Assembly: GCA_043808095.1 (NCBI GenBank)
Contig: JAZDFF010000015.1
Coordinates: 2,015 to 66,014, forward strand
Direction of reading: 5' to 3'
DNA: 64,000 bases
Source of the DNA: Candidatus Omnitrophota bacterium
GTDB lineage: Bacteria; Omnitrophota; Gorgyraeia; JAZDFF01
This document shows positions 48,837 to 57,581 of this stretch, piece after piece (position 1 is the stretch's first letter; each line of letters starts with the position of its first letter). Below the pieces are notes generated by a model that was not told the DNA's origin, ran no database searches, and worked only from the letters and a program-made list of their open reading frames with translations. Position numbers and translations under genes: made by a program.

Positions 48837-50102
48837 TTATTCCAAAAACTTCAATAGTCTGGATTCCGGATAATATTTTTTGATTAAACTTATTAATCCG
48901 TAGGCCACGAATATACTCAAAAATGGCTCCAAAGGCACTCGATATCGTGTGCCACTCGAACCATCGGACCCAAAAAAAATGAGACTAACAATAGTAAAAT
49001 AGATGGCTAATAGATGGATAATCCAAGTTTGCCTTGAATGTTTCAAAGAAAGAAAAAATCCTAAGACCATAAACGGAAAAAATAATATTCCATAAAGAAA
49101 AGTTATTATTGTATTCCTTAATGTGCTTGAATACCCCCATTGCCAGAATTTCAGGAATTTAAAATAGAGCAGTATTAAAAATTGTTTTGGATTTTCTTTG
49201 ATGAATTCCAAGGCCAACTTAGTATATCTTCGGTCTAAATCTATTTCAGATAAATTAGTTTTTATCCTGATACTATCAGGCATATACCATGTCCCACGCT
49301 TATCTACTTTCTTGAAGACCTCAGGATTATTACCCCCCCACAGGTTACGTCCTAAACCAATGTAAACAGGGATAAACTTGTGAAATACTCTGTAATTTCT
49401 ATAGGCCCAAGGGGTAATCACTAATGACATAAAAGAAATAATTAATAAAGTCATCCTAAGGACATCTTTTTTTGTGCGTAAATTTAACCAAAACCAAAGA
49501 AATATAAAAAATGGAAAGGCCAGTGCAATGGGTCTGGTAAGATTAGCCACACCCAGCCAAAGTCCGGCTCCCAAACACTGCTTCCAAGACGGCTTATCAA
49601 TAAATTTAACGACCCAGAGGACCGCTAAGAGAAGCAACAAGGTAAACAACGTCTCAGTTAACAAATATCCTGTAAGCAAGCAAAGATAGGGATGACCTGC
49701 CATAATTAATGCTGATAATAATCCTACGGCCTTACTAAATAGCCTGGCCCCAATAAGGTATCCTACAAGACAACTTAGAGAACCAATAAATATTTGTATC
49801 AGTTGAGCAATCCAATGCCTATAACCAAAAACCTTATATATTGCCGCTAAAAATAAAGGATAAAAAGGTCCGCGGTAGGCAAGGGCTGTCCCATCGATGG
49901 TAAAACCCTTTCCTTCGATTAAACTGTAGGCAATCTTATCATCTCCGCTGGCGTCGGCAGTATAAATCCCATCCCATCCCACAACTAAATATATGGTGGC
50001 TAATCTTGCCAGAAGAGCAACTACAAATATTATGCCCAATATACATCTAATTTTACTCTCAAAAAAATGATAAAAAAATTTATGTAGTTTCACGGCGGTC
50101 AA
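48837..50102 (-). CDS. ArnT/PMT-like (GT-C) membrane glycosyltransferase
   Basis: RGPFYPLFLA, LLTETLF, LTRP, PWAYRNY, RYRVP. Confidence 0.8.
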   Translation of the reverse strand: MTAVKLHKFFYHFFESKIRCILGIIFVVALLARLATIYLVVGWDGIYTADASGDDKIAYSLIEGKGFTIDGTALAYRGPFYPLFLAAIYKVFGYRHWIAQLIQIFIGSLSCLVGYLIGARLFSKAVGLLSALIMAGHPYLCLLTGYLLTETLFTLLLLLAVLWVVKFIDKPSWKQCLGAGLWLGVANLTRPIALAFPFFIFLWFWLNLRTKKDVLRMTLLIISFMSLVITPWAYRNYRVFHKFIPVYIGLGRNLWGGNNPEVFKKVDKRGTWYMPDSIRIKTNLSEIDLDRRYTKLALEFIKENPKQFLILLYFKFLKFWQWGYSSTLRNTIITFLYGILFFPFMVLGFFLSLKHSRQTWIIHLLAIYFTIVSLIFFGSDGSSGTRYRVPLEPFLSIFVAYGLISLIKKYYPESRLLKFLE

Positions 50103-50173
50103 ATAGCATAAAACTTATAATCTTACTTTCTTTGTTCATTTCATAATGGAGAAACAAAAAGAAGAACTGCGCA

Positions 50174-51481
50174 TTATGCAAGGGCTTGCCTCTCTGTCCC
50201 CTCTTCAGCGGAAGAAGAGAGCTGTGGTATCATCACTATGATAGCAGTCAAAAACCAGAAAGGCTCCATAATCCGAACAACAATAAATGTCTGAGAGGAA
50301 AAGGAATGGAAAAATAGGCCAATAAAACCAGCCAAAAATCCTAAAGCCAATCCCTGGCTCCAATCATCTCTTATATTCCTGAGGGTCCATAAACCATTTC
50401 GAAAAATATTTATCAAAAGCCAGATAAATACCCAAAGCCCGATGATTCCTGTCTCTGCGAGTACGTAAGGCAATTGTGTATCCAAGACCGGCACACCGCC
50501 TACTCCGAAACCTAAAATTGGGCTTTCTTTTAACACCTTAAATATAAATTTCCAACTTTCAACTCGATGGGCTGCAGATTCATCTAATACGATACGTGCT
50601 CCTAATGCTTCATATTCCACCCCCGGAATAAATGTTGACTTTATCCGCTCAATTACGCTATTTGGTAAAAGAAATGGAGCGAGCATTACAAATAATAATA
50701 ATATAATAATGAGCGGCCATCTCATTCTATTGGTTAAAATTATAAAAGCCAAATACATAAAAATAAATCCCAAGTAACTACCTCTGGATAGGGTGAACAA
50801 AAAAGAGGGGAAGATAAAAAGACAAAGCCAACCTGCAAAAAACTTCCAGATGCCGGATTTGCTATATAAAAAAACCCCTAAGCTGACCGCAAATAGTAAT
50901 AGTAAATATCCGCCTAAGGTGTTCGGCTCACCACCGATTTCCTTTTCAAAGGGCGCACTAAGTCTTCCCTCTATTCCCAATTCGCCGATCTTAGTTGAAG
51001 TATAGACACAGACGAGAAAACATGTAATCAATAAAAAAGCTATAAATCTTTTTGCTTGTTTCATATTATCAAGATTGTTAATTACAAGAAAATAAATCAT
51101 AAAGTACTCAATATATTTCAAGACATGAAATAAACCAGAAAAAGGCGTAACCGCCCCCTTTATAATACCAAAGAGCGTAGAAAGAATACTTATAGATATA
51201 AAGACCGTGATTGGTAAATTCAAAGGAGATTTCTTTAATAGACCAAATTCCTTATTAACAGCCATCTTTACTAGCCAAGTAAAGAAAACTACCAAAACTA
51301 AAATATCATCTATTCTTACTACTACTGCCCTTTCCCCAAGCTGAGCAACTGATAACTCCGGAGAAAATAACATTGAGAAGATTAATACAATAATCCCAAA
51401 GTCAGTTTTTACTAATGTAATGAGACAAACAAACAGTCCGCTTAGTAAAATAATTGGTAAAAACTCATGCAAACCAATCAT
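50174..51481 (-). CDS. Wzy polymerase / O-antigen ligase family protein
   Basis: Many TMs; EPNTLGGY, TLSRGSY, PILGFG, ETGIIG. Confidence 0.82.
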   Translation of the reverse strand: MIGLHEFLPIILLSGLFVCLITLVKTDFGIIVLIFSMLFSPELSVAQLGERAVVVRIDDILVLVVFFTWLVKMAVNKEFGLLKKSPLNLPITVFISISILSTLFGIIKGAVTPFSGLFHVLKYIEYFMIYFLVINNLDNMKQAKRFIAFLLITCFLVCVYTSTKIGELGIEGRLSAPFEKEIGGEPNTLGGYLLLLFAVSLGVFLYSKSGIWKFFAGWLCLFIFPSFLFTLSRGSYLGFIFMYLAFIILTNRMRWPLIIILLLFVMLAPFLLPNSVIERIKSTFIPGVEYEALGARIVLDESAAHRVESWKFIFKVLKESPILGFGVGGVPVLDTQLPYVLAETGIIGLWVFIWLLINIFRNGLWTLRNIRDDWSQGLALGFLAGFIGLFFHSFSSQTFIVVRIMEPFWFLTAIIVMIPQLSSSAEEGTERQALA

Positions 51482-51663
51482 TTGATTCTCCGCATTCTAA
51501 GAGTAAAGACTATTACTAAAATAAATATTAAGATTAAAAAAATGGTAGGGCTATATTCTTGATAAATATTAACAAAGAGGCAAAGCAGACTGACTAATAA
51601 AATACAAATAACAACACATAACATAAATAGTTTCCCTTTGGATATCGGCTTTATGACAGCCAA
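51478..51663 (-). CDS. small hydrophobic membrane protein, start uncertain
   Basis: Hydrophobic frame open up to ~51720; stop overlaps the wzy ATG (ATGA). Confidence 0.45.
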   Translation of the reverse strand: MAVIKPISKGKLFMLCVVICILLVSLLCLFVNIYQEYSPTIFLILIFILVIVFTLRMRRIK

Positions 51664-51731
51664 GCCTACAAAGGTAATTAAAACTGATAAGAGAATAAAG
51701 AATAGTATATCCGTTAGATTACCTCTCTAAT

Positions 51732-51755
51732 AAAAAAGGGCTATTTAGCCCTTTT
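51732..51755 (-). terminator. intrinsic terminator after wzc
   Basis: Minus strand AAAAGGGCTA-AA-TAGCCCTTTTTT. Confidence 0.7.
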
Positions 51756-51788
51756 CCTATTCCTAGAGATTAAATATGATTATTATCA

Positions 51789-53726
51789 TTAAGTATCGGT
51801 GAGTCTCTTACCCGAATCTTCAGAGTCTTCACTGGAATAATAGTATTTATATTTATAATGATAATATGGATAATAGCTGCTTTGGATTTCTGTCTCGGGC
51901 TGGGTATGATTTAAGACCACGCCTAACATCTTTGCACCCGCCGACTCTAGTTGTACCTTTGTGCGTAAAAGTGCTGCCCTGGCAGTACGGCCAACCTCAT
52001 AGACTAAAACCACCCCGTCTAACTTTGGCGAAAGAATTACTGCATCGCTGATAGATAGGGCAGGAGGAGAGTCAAAAAGCACCAGATCAAAATCGCTTTT
52101 TAGTTCCCTAATTATATCGGACATTACAGTAGAACCTAATAGTTCGGCCGGGTTAAGAGGAATATGGCCCGAACTTAAAATCTTCAGATTATCCAATCCG
52201 GGCGTCTTTAGCGCCTCGCTAATGTCAACCTTGCCAACTAAGATATCAGATAGGCCCCTTAGCGCCTCCTTTAATTTTAATGTTCCCGAGATGACTTCCG
52301 ATAAACCGGGATCGCGCTCTACTCCAAATACCCTTGCTATCGTAGGTCTCCTTAAGTCCGTATCTACGATAACTACCTTTGTGCCCATTTGAGCAAAGAT
52401 AAGACCTAGACTCACCAAGACAGTGGTTTTTCCTTCCCTAGGACCGGTGGAGGAAAAAAGTATTGTCTTTTGACTAGGGTTTATCTTAAGATTAGTTCTT
52501 AAGATACGGTAGGCCTCAGAAACCGGAAGATGAGGATGGTATTGAACAGTTAAACAAGTGGCAGAGAAATCTAATGTCTGGCTTGTTTCTTTTTTCCTAA
52601 ATCTTAAACTAAAAAAATGCCCTTTCTGTCTCTTTTTTAAATTCTCCCTCTCTTGTAATCTTACGGAAGGAATAATTCCCAATACAGGCAAGTTTATAAG
52701 TTTTTCTACATCTTCGATTGTGCCGATAGAGGTATCTAAACTTTCTGTCACAAAGGTAAAAATTAGTCCAAGCATAATTCCCATCAAAGAACCCACAATT
52801 AAATTTAGGCCTTTATTTGGCTTAATAGGATAAGATGGTTCGATAGCCTGATTTATAGGCGTAACATCCGGGGTTTTTTCAGCCTCAGCAATACGGGAGG
52901 CTTCAAATTTTTCTCTGAGCATCCTGTATGTCTGTTCATTTATTTCCTTATCTCGATTTAGACGTGCATATTCAAGTTCACTGGCAGGCAAAGTCTTGTT
53001 CTGTTCTTCTAATTGACTAATCTCTTCTCTAAGCCGGATTATCTGAGGATGTTTTTCGGTAGCCTTGGTAAGGAGTTCGCTGGCCCGGCCTTTTAATTCT
53101 ACCAATCTTCTTTCGAGTTCAATGGCTACTCCTGTAACGGACTCTCTCTCTTTAAAGGCCTTTAATTTCTCTTCTGCCTGATTCAGCTCCTTCTCTACTG
53201 CAGCAAGCCTCTCTTGGACAAATTGGCGGGTCTCTGTTGCCTCTCTGCGTTTCTGGTTCAAATTTTCATCTATATAGACCTGCACAGCCATATTGGCAAT
53301 ACGGGTTATCTTTTTCGGGTCACTACCAGTTACAGATATATTAATTATATTGGTATCCTTTAGCTTCTCAGCAAAGATGCTTCCCTGAATATCGCTAATA
53401 ACTGCCTTTTTTTCATTATCAGACATTTTCTCATCAACAAAACCCAGCCTTTTAGCCGCCTTTTCTGCAACTTTACGGCTCTGAATGACATTTATCTCGG
53501 TATCTAAAGGGTTTCCCGGTCGAAAGTACATCTCCTCCACAAGGGCACCAATTACGGTCTTTTTTTGTTCATACCTTACGGTTGCAGAGGTCTGAAATAC
53601 GACGGGCTGCATCTTTGTATAAAATACTGTCAATACAAGCGAAATAAGAAAAGCGGAGCCAATGAGAATCCTTCTTTTTCGAAATATCCTAAGATAATCC
53701 TGGAAATTTAATTCGTATTGGGGCAT
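51789..53726 (-). CDS. wzc: Wzc-like co-polymerase / BY-kinase (copy 1)
   Basis: STGPREGKT, VDTDLRRP, FDSPP, Tyr cluster YYPYYHYKYKYYYS. Confidence 0.9.
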   Translation of the reverse strand: MPQYELNFQDYLRIFRKRRILIGSAFLISLVLTVFYTKMQPVVFQTSATVRYEQKKTVIGALVEEMYFRPGNPLDTEINVIQSRKVAEKAAKRLGFVDEKMSDNEKKAVISDIQGSIFAEKLKDTNIINISVTGSDPKKITRIANMAVQVYIDENLNQKRREATETRQFVQERLAAVEKELNQAEEKLKAFKERESVTGVAIELERRLVELKGRASELLTKATEKHPQIIRLREEISQLEEQNKTLPASELEYARLNRDKEINEQTYRMLREKFEASRIAEAEKTPDVTPINQAIEPSYPIKPNKGLNLIVGSLMGIMLGLIFTFVTESLDTSIGTIEDVEKLINLPVLGIIPSVRLQERENLKKRQKGHFFSLRFRKKETSQTLDFSATCLTVQYHPHLPVSEAYRILRTNLKINPSQKTILFSSTGPREGKTTVLVSLGLIFAQMGTKVVIVDTDLRRPTIARVFGVERDPGLSEVISGTLKLKEALRGLSDILVGKVDISEALKTPGLDNLKILSSGHIPLNPAELLGSTVMSDIIRELKSDFDLVLFDSPPALSISDAVILSPKLDGVVLVYEVGRTARAALLRTKVQLESAGAKMLGVVLNHTQPETEIQSSYYPYYHYKYKYYYSSEDSEDSGKRLTDT

Positions 53727-53738
53727 ATTGGAATGGTA

Positions 53739-54773
53739 TTAAAATCCCAAAGTCTGAAGCTGGGTCGCAACAGAGGAGGCTTTGTATATAGGATCGATTA
53801 GTTGTGTAAGGAAGTAATTTAGATTAGCAATAAATTTTTTAGGCACATAGATTATGTCTTCGGGCTGGGTTAAAAGGTCACTACTCACCTGGCCTTTATC
53901 AATGGCCCTGGTTAGATTAACACGTCGTATCTCTGGATTAAATGGGGCCCCTCGGATAATAATTACGCTATTTAAAACTGCATGCTCAGAAAAACCGCCG
54001 GCTAAGGCAATCGCCTCTAAGATATTGGCTATACCTGTTGGCTTGTATACACCGGGATTTTTTACTTCACCCAAGACAATGATCTTTTTGCCTCCTATCT
54101 GTTTTAATGATATGGAAACTTTGGGGGATGAGAGCAAATCTTTTAATTTTTCTGTTAAAGTACCGGAAAGTTCATTAAGGCTGAGGCCCTCGGCTTGAAC
54201 ATCGCCTAATAGGGGAAGGCTTATTTTACCATCGGGACGCACCATTAATTCTTTGGATAAATCCTCAACTTTTTCAAATCCCACCCTTCTTTTACCAAAT
54301 TCCTGTACCATTACCGAAACCTCAGGCGACTTAATAAACTCCTTAAGTTTTTCTGTTAAAATCCCGTCTAATTCGGTTAAGGTAAGGCCCTCTGCATAGA
54401 TATCATCTACGAGAGGAAAAGAAATCTTGCCGTCTGGCCGGACAATCACAATCTTGGCTAAATCTGGCCACTGCCAGACAGATATATCTAAGACATCTCC
54501 GGTTGAAATAGTATATTCATTTTCAGGCCCCTTTTCTTTTGCCTTCTCCAATCGACCAAACCCCTGCCAGACACCAACCTCTAAAATATCCTCCGGGCCA
54601 ATTTTATATTCGAAAGGTTTAGGCTGTTCTTCCTGAGACTGAGACAATTCTGTTTCTATCTTCTTAATCTCGGATTCAATCTCGGACTCTAAGACGGGAT
54701 TAGCAGTAACGCAGCCTAAAAATGATAGGGCAAAAATTATTAAAAGACAGGATTTATATTTATTTTTATACAT
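53739..54773 (-). CDS. wza: Wza-like polysaccharide export lipoprotein
   Basis: Lipobox FLGC, two VRPDGKIS[FL]P motifs, SLBB domain (VLGEVKNPG, EAIALAGG). Confidence 0.9.
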   Translation of the reverse strand: MYKNKYKSCLLIIFALSFLGCVTANPVLESEIESEIKKIETELSQSQEEQPKPFEYKIGPEDILEVGVWQGFGRLEKAKEKGPENEYTISTGDVLDISVWQWPDLAKIVIVRPDGKISFPLVDDIYAEGLTLTELDGILTEKLKEFIKSPEVSVMVQEFGKRRVGFEKVEDLSKELMVRPDGKISLPLLGDVQAEGLSLNELSGTLTEKLKDLLSSPKVSISLKQIGGKKIIVLGEVKNPGVYKPTGIANILEAIALAGGFSEHAVLNSVIIIRGAPFNPEIRRVNLTRAIDKGQVSSDLLTQPEDIIYVPKKFIANLNYFLTQLIDPIYKASSVATQLQTLGF

Positions 54774-54788
54774 TATTTATTTAACTAT

Positions 54789-54817
54789 AATATACACAAT
54801 CACTTAGGCCCTGTCAA
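54789..54817 (-). promoter_or_regulatory. sigma70 promoter for wza-wzc
   Basis: TTGACA-17 bp-TATATT. Confidence 0.7.
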
Positions 54818-54857
54818 GCAAAATGAAATTCAAAATACGACGAGCCTTAGTGAGCAA

Positions 54858-55670
54858 TTAGGTAAAGCTTTCTATCTCATCTTTTATGATTATTTCATCA
54901 ACAACAGAGGCCTTTTCTATAAATCCGGTTAAAAGACCAAGATCGCAGATACGGTTAATCCTGCGCGGTATACCTCCAGAGAAATCAAAAATAGTTTTTA
55001 ATGCTTCTTCTGTAAAAATTGGAGCGTCTCTTCTACTTACTTTAAGTCGATGAAGAACGTAGTTCTTTGTCTCTTCTTGGTTTAAGGCGTTTAAATAACA
55101 TTTTATCGCTATCCTTTGTTCAAAAGGTTTATTGTCTTCGATCTTTTGCCTCAATTCTGGCTGGCCGAATAACAACAGGGTTAAAAGAAATCTATTCTGT
55201 TGGTGAAAGTTTAAAAGAAGCCTCAATTCATTAAAAACCTGGTCATCCTGAATGATATGCGCCTCATCAACAATAATCACGGTATCTTTACCTTCCCGGT
55301 AATTTGCCATGAGGATATTTTCTAAAACCTCGTGTAGATAATCCGTAGAGATTTCTGTTTTTTTAGTGGGCAGTTCTATCTCTTTTAAGTTCCTTACAAT
55401 TGCCCTAAGTAGATCGACATACTCCAATTGGGGATTGGTAATGGATGCTACTTGGTAATGCTCTTTCTTGAGTTCATCAAAGATAGCCTCGGCCAAAACA
55501 GTCTTTCCGCAACCAAAAATTCCGGTTAGCATAGCTGCCCCCACTCGTTCCTTAATAGCATAAAGCATGCGCGATAAGGCCTCTTGGTGCTGATTAGAAT
55601 AGTAAAGAAAACGCGGGTCAGGGGTATTTTGAAATGGCTTCTGATTTAGGCCCCAATATTCTTCGTACAT
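54858..55670 (-). CDS. ExeA-like AAA+ ATPase
   Basis: MYEEYWGLNQKPFQNTPDPRFLY, TGIFGCGKT, IVDEAH, GGIPRRIN. Confidence 0.9.
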   Translation of the reverse strand: MYEEYWGLNQKPFQNTPDPRFLYYSNQHQEALSRMLYAIKERVGAAMLTGIFGCGKTVLAEAIFDELKKEHYQVASITNPQLEYVDLLRAIVRNLKEIELPTKKTEISTDYLHEVLENILMANYREGKDTVIIVDEAHIIQDDQVFNELRLLLNFHQQNRFLLTLLLFGQPELRQKIEDNKPFEQRIAIKCYLNALNQEETKNYVLHRLKVSRRDAPIFTEEALKTIFDFSGGIPRRINRICDLGLLTGFIEKASVVDEIIIKDEIESFT

Positions 55671-55695
55671 ATTATTTTAACTTACTCACTTACTC

Positions 55696-55724
55696 ATTAT
55701 AATAAAGATTAACGAAATTGTCGA
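55696..55724 (-). promoter_or_regulatory. sigma70 promoter for the 54858-55670 ExeA gene
   Basis: TCGACA-17 bp-TATAAT. Confidence 0.65.
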
Positions 55725-55744
55725 ATAAAACAATCATTTAGATT

Positions 55745-56539
55745 CTATTCAAAACCTTTTATCTCTTCTTGAACAATATCATCGTCTATAAGGTCAAACT
55801 TTTTGATAAATCCTGCCAAGAGGCACATATCGCATAGACGGTTAATTCTACGTGGTATACCGCCAGAATAATTGTAGATTGAACGAAGGGCTCTTTCAGA
55901 AAAAATCGCGGCTGTGCGATTGGCAACCTGCAAGCGGTGAACAATATATTTTATGGAATCTTCCGGGGTTAAGCCGTCTAAATGGGCCTTTACATTAATC
56001 CTCTGCTCTAATTGTATATTCTCTTCAATTTTCTGCTTTAATTCTGGCTGGCCCAAAAGCAATAATGTTAAAAGAAATCTGTCTTGCAGTTGAAAATTTA
56101 AAAGCAGCCTTATTTCTTCAAAGACATTCTCGTCATTTATGGCGTGTGCCTCATCAATAATAACTACGGTTTGTTTACCGTTTCGCATATTGTTTAATAA
56201 CGCGTCATTAAGAATGTTCAAAACATCTGCTTTTCTTAGGGGGGCAGGATTGCCTAATTGATAAAGAATCATCCTTAAAAGCTCGATATCATCGAGCTTG
56301 GGATTAGCTATAAAGGCAGTTTTATACTGCTCGCTGCTGAGTTCCTTTAATACTGCTTGAGCAAGCATAGTCTTACCACAGCCAAATACACCCGTAAGCA
56401 TAGCTGCGCCCATCTTCTCTCTTACGGTATAGATAAGACGCATTAATGATTCCTCGTGTTGACTTGAACGATAAAGAAAACGCGGGTCAGGGGTATTTTG
56501 AAATGGCTTCTGATTTAGGCCCCAATATGCTTCGTACAT
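55745..56539 (-). CDS. ExeA-like AAA+ ATPase
   Basis: MYEAYWGLNQKPFQNTPDPRFLY, TGVFGCGKT, IIDEAH, GGIPRRIN. Confidence 0.9.
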   Translation of the reverse strand: MYEAYWGLNQKPFQNTPDPRFLYRSSQHEESLMRLIYTVREKMGAAMLTGVFGCGKTMLAQAVLKELSSEQYKTAFIANPKLDDIELLRMILYQLGNPAPLRKADVLNILNDALLNNMRNGKQTVVIIDEAHAINDENVFEEIRLLLNFQLQDRFLLTLLLLGQPELKQKIEENIQLEQRINVKAHLDGLTPEDSIKYIVHRLQVANRTAAIFSERALRSIYNYSGGIPRRINRLCDMCLLAGFIKKFDLIDDDIVQEEIKGFE

Positions 56540-56569
56540 AGTTTAAAAGACTGCTGAAAAATACTTTTT

Positions 56570-56651
56570 AACGCGAATAATCGCTAATCTAACGCGAATT
56601 CTCGCTAATTCTATTTGCGAAAACTAGCGTTTGATTCGCGTAAATTAGCAT
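56570..56651. repeat. mirror array, CGC(G/T)AAT type
   Basis: AACGCGAATAATCGCTAATCTAACGCGAATTCTCGCTAAT followed by reverse units. Confidence 0.8.
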
Positions 56652-56675
56652 TTAAACCATTATTCAACACTCCCT

Positions 56676-56704
56676 TTGACAATAAACCCTAACCCTGCTA
56701 TTAT
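56676..56704 (+). promoter_or_regulatory. sigma70 promoter (extended -10) for GT2
   Basis: TTGACA-17 bp ending TGC-TATTAT; ATG 8 nt after the -10. Confidence 0.7.
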
Positions 56705-56711
56705 AAGCTCA

Positions 56712-57581
56712 ATGATGGATTTATCTATTATCATCGTCAATTATAATGCCAAAGATGTTTTAAGTCAATGTCTAAATTCAATTTACGACAATACCAAAGA
56801 CGTTGATTTCCAGATAACTGTTATTGACAATGCTTCAGGAGATGGCAGTCCGCAAATAATAAGGCAAAGATTCCCTCGCGTAAAATTAATCCAAAATAAT
56901 GTAAATTCGGGCCTGACCCAAGCGCAAAACCAGGGTTTAAAGCTGGCACAAGGTAAATATCTTCTGCTCCTGAATAACGACACCTACTTACAACCTCAAG
57001 CCATAAATAAACTGATAGAATTTATGGACCAAAACCCCGACGGAGGGATTGCCGGGCCAAGAATTTATACTAATGCAAATATACAAATTTCATTTGCCTG
57101 GATGCCGAAAAATCCCCATTTATTTCTGCCCTATATTTTGTTCAAGAAGCTGTTTCTAAATTACGAATTGAGAAGGCATAACTACAATCTAAATAACAAC
57201 CTAGAGGTAGACTATGTTTCAGGCGCTTGTCTAATGATACGCAAGACAATTATGGAAAATATTGGCTATATGGACGAGGGCTATTTTGTCTATAACGAAG
57301 ATGATGACTTATGCCTGCGCGTAAGACAAAAAGGTTATAAGATTTATTACCTACCTGAAGCAAAAGTGATTCATCTGCGAGGAAAAGGCGGCGGTGGGTT
57401 ACACCCCTACAGGATGATCCTTGAAATTCATAAGGGGATATTTAGACTGTATAGAAAATTTTATCCTAAGCCAAATTTTCTTCTGGACACTCTTATTTTG
57501 GGGATGTTAACACTTAGGCTGGGGTTAGCGATTATTATTCAATCCGTACGCTCTCTCAAGAGACTGTTTTTCCGTTCCTAG
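56712..57581 (+). CDS. GT2 glycosyltransferase (WbbL/rhamnosyltransferase-like)
   Basis: LSIIIVNYN, DNASGDGS, LLNNDT, VSGAC, YNEDDDLC. Confidence 0.9.
   Translation: MMDLSIIIVNYNAKDVLSQCLNSIYDNTKDVDFQITVIDNASGDGSPQIIRQRFPRVKLIQNNVNSGLTQAQNQGLKLAQGKYLLLLNNDTYLQPQAINKLIEFMDQNPDGGIAGPRIYTNANIQISFAWMPKNPHLFLPYILFKKLFLNYELRRHNYNLNNNLEVDYVSGACLMIRKTIMENIGYMDEGYFVYNEDDDLCLRVRQKGYKIYYLPEAKVIHLRGKGGGGLHPYRMILEIHKGIFRLYRKFYPKPNFLLDTLILGMLTLRLGLAIIIQSVRSLKRLFFRS

Noticed and set aside
15195-56539. ExeA-like ATPases as transposon TnsC/IstB or T2SS components
   Set aside because: No transposase, integrase or gsp genes are present; the N-terminal YWGL..KPF..PDP motif and context fit EPS-associated ExeA-like proteins
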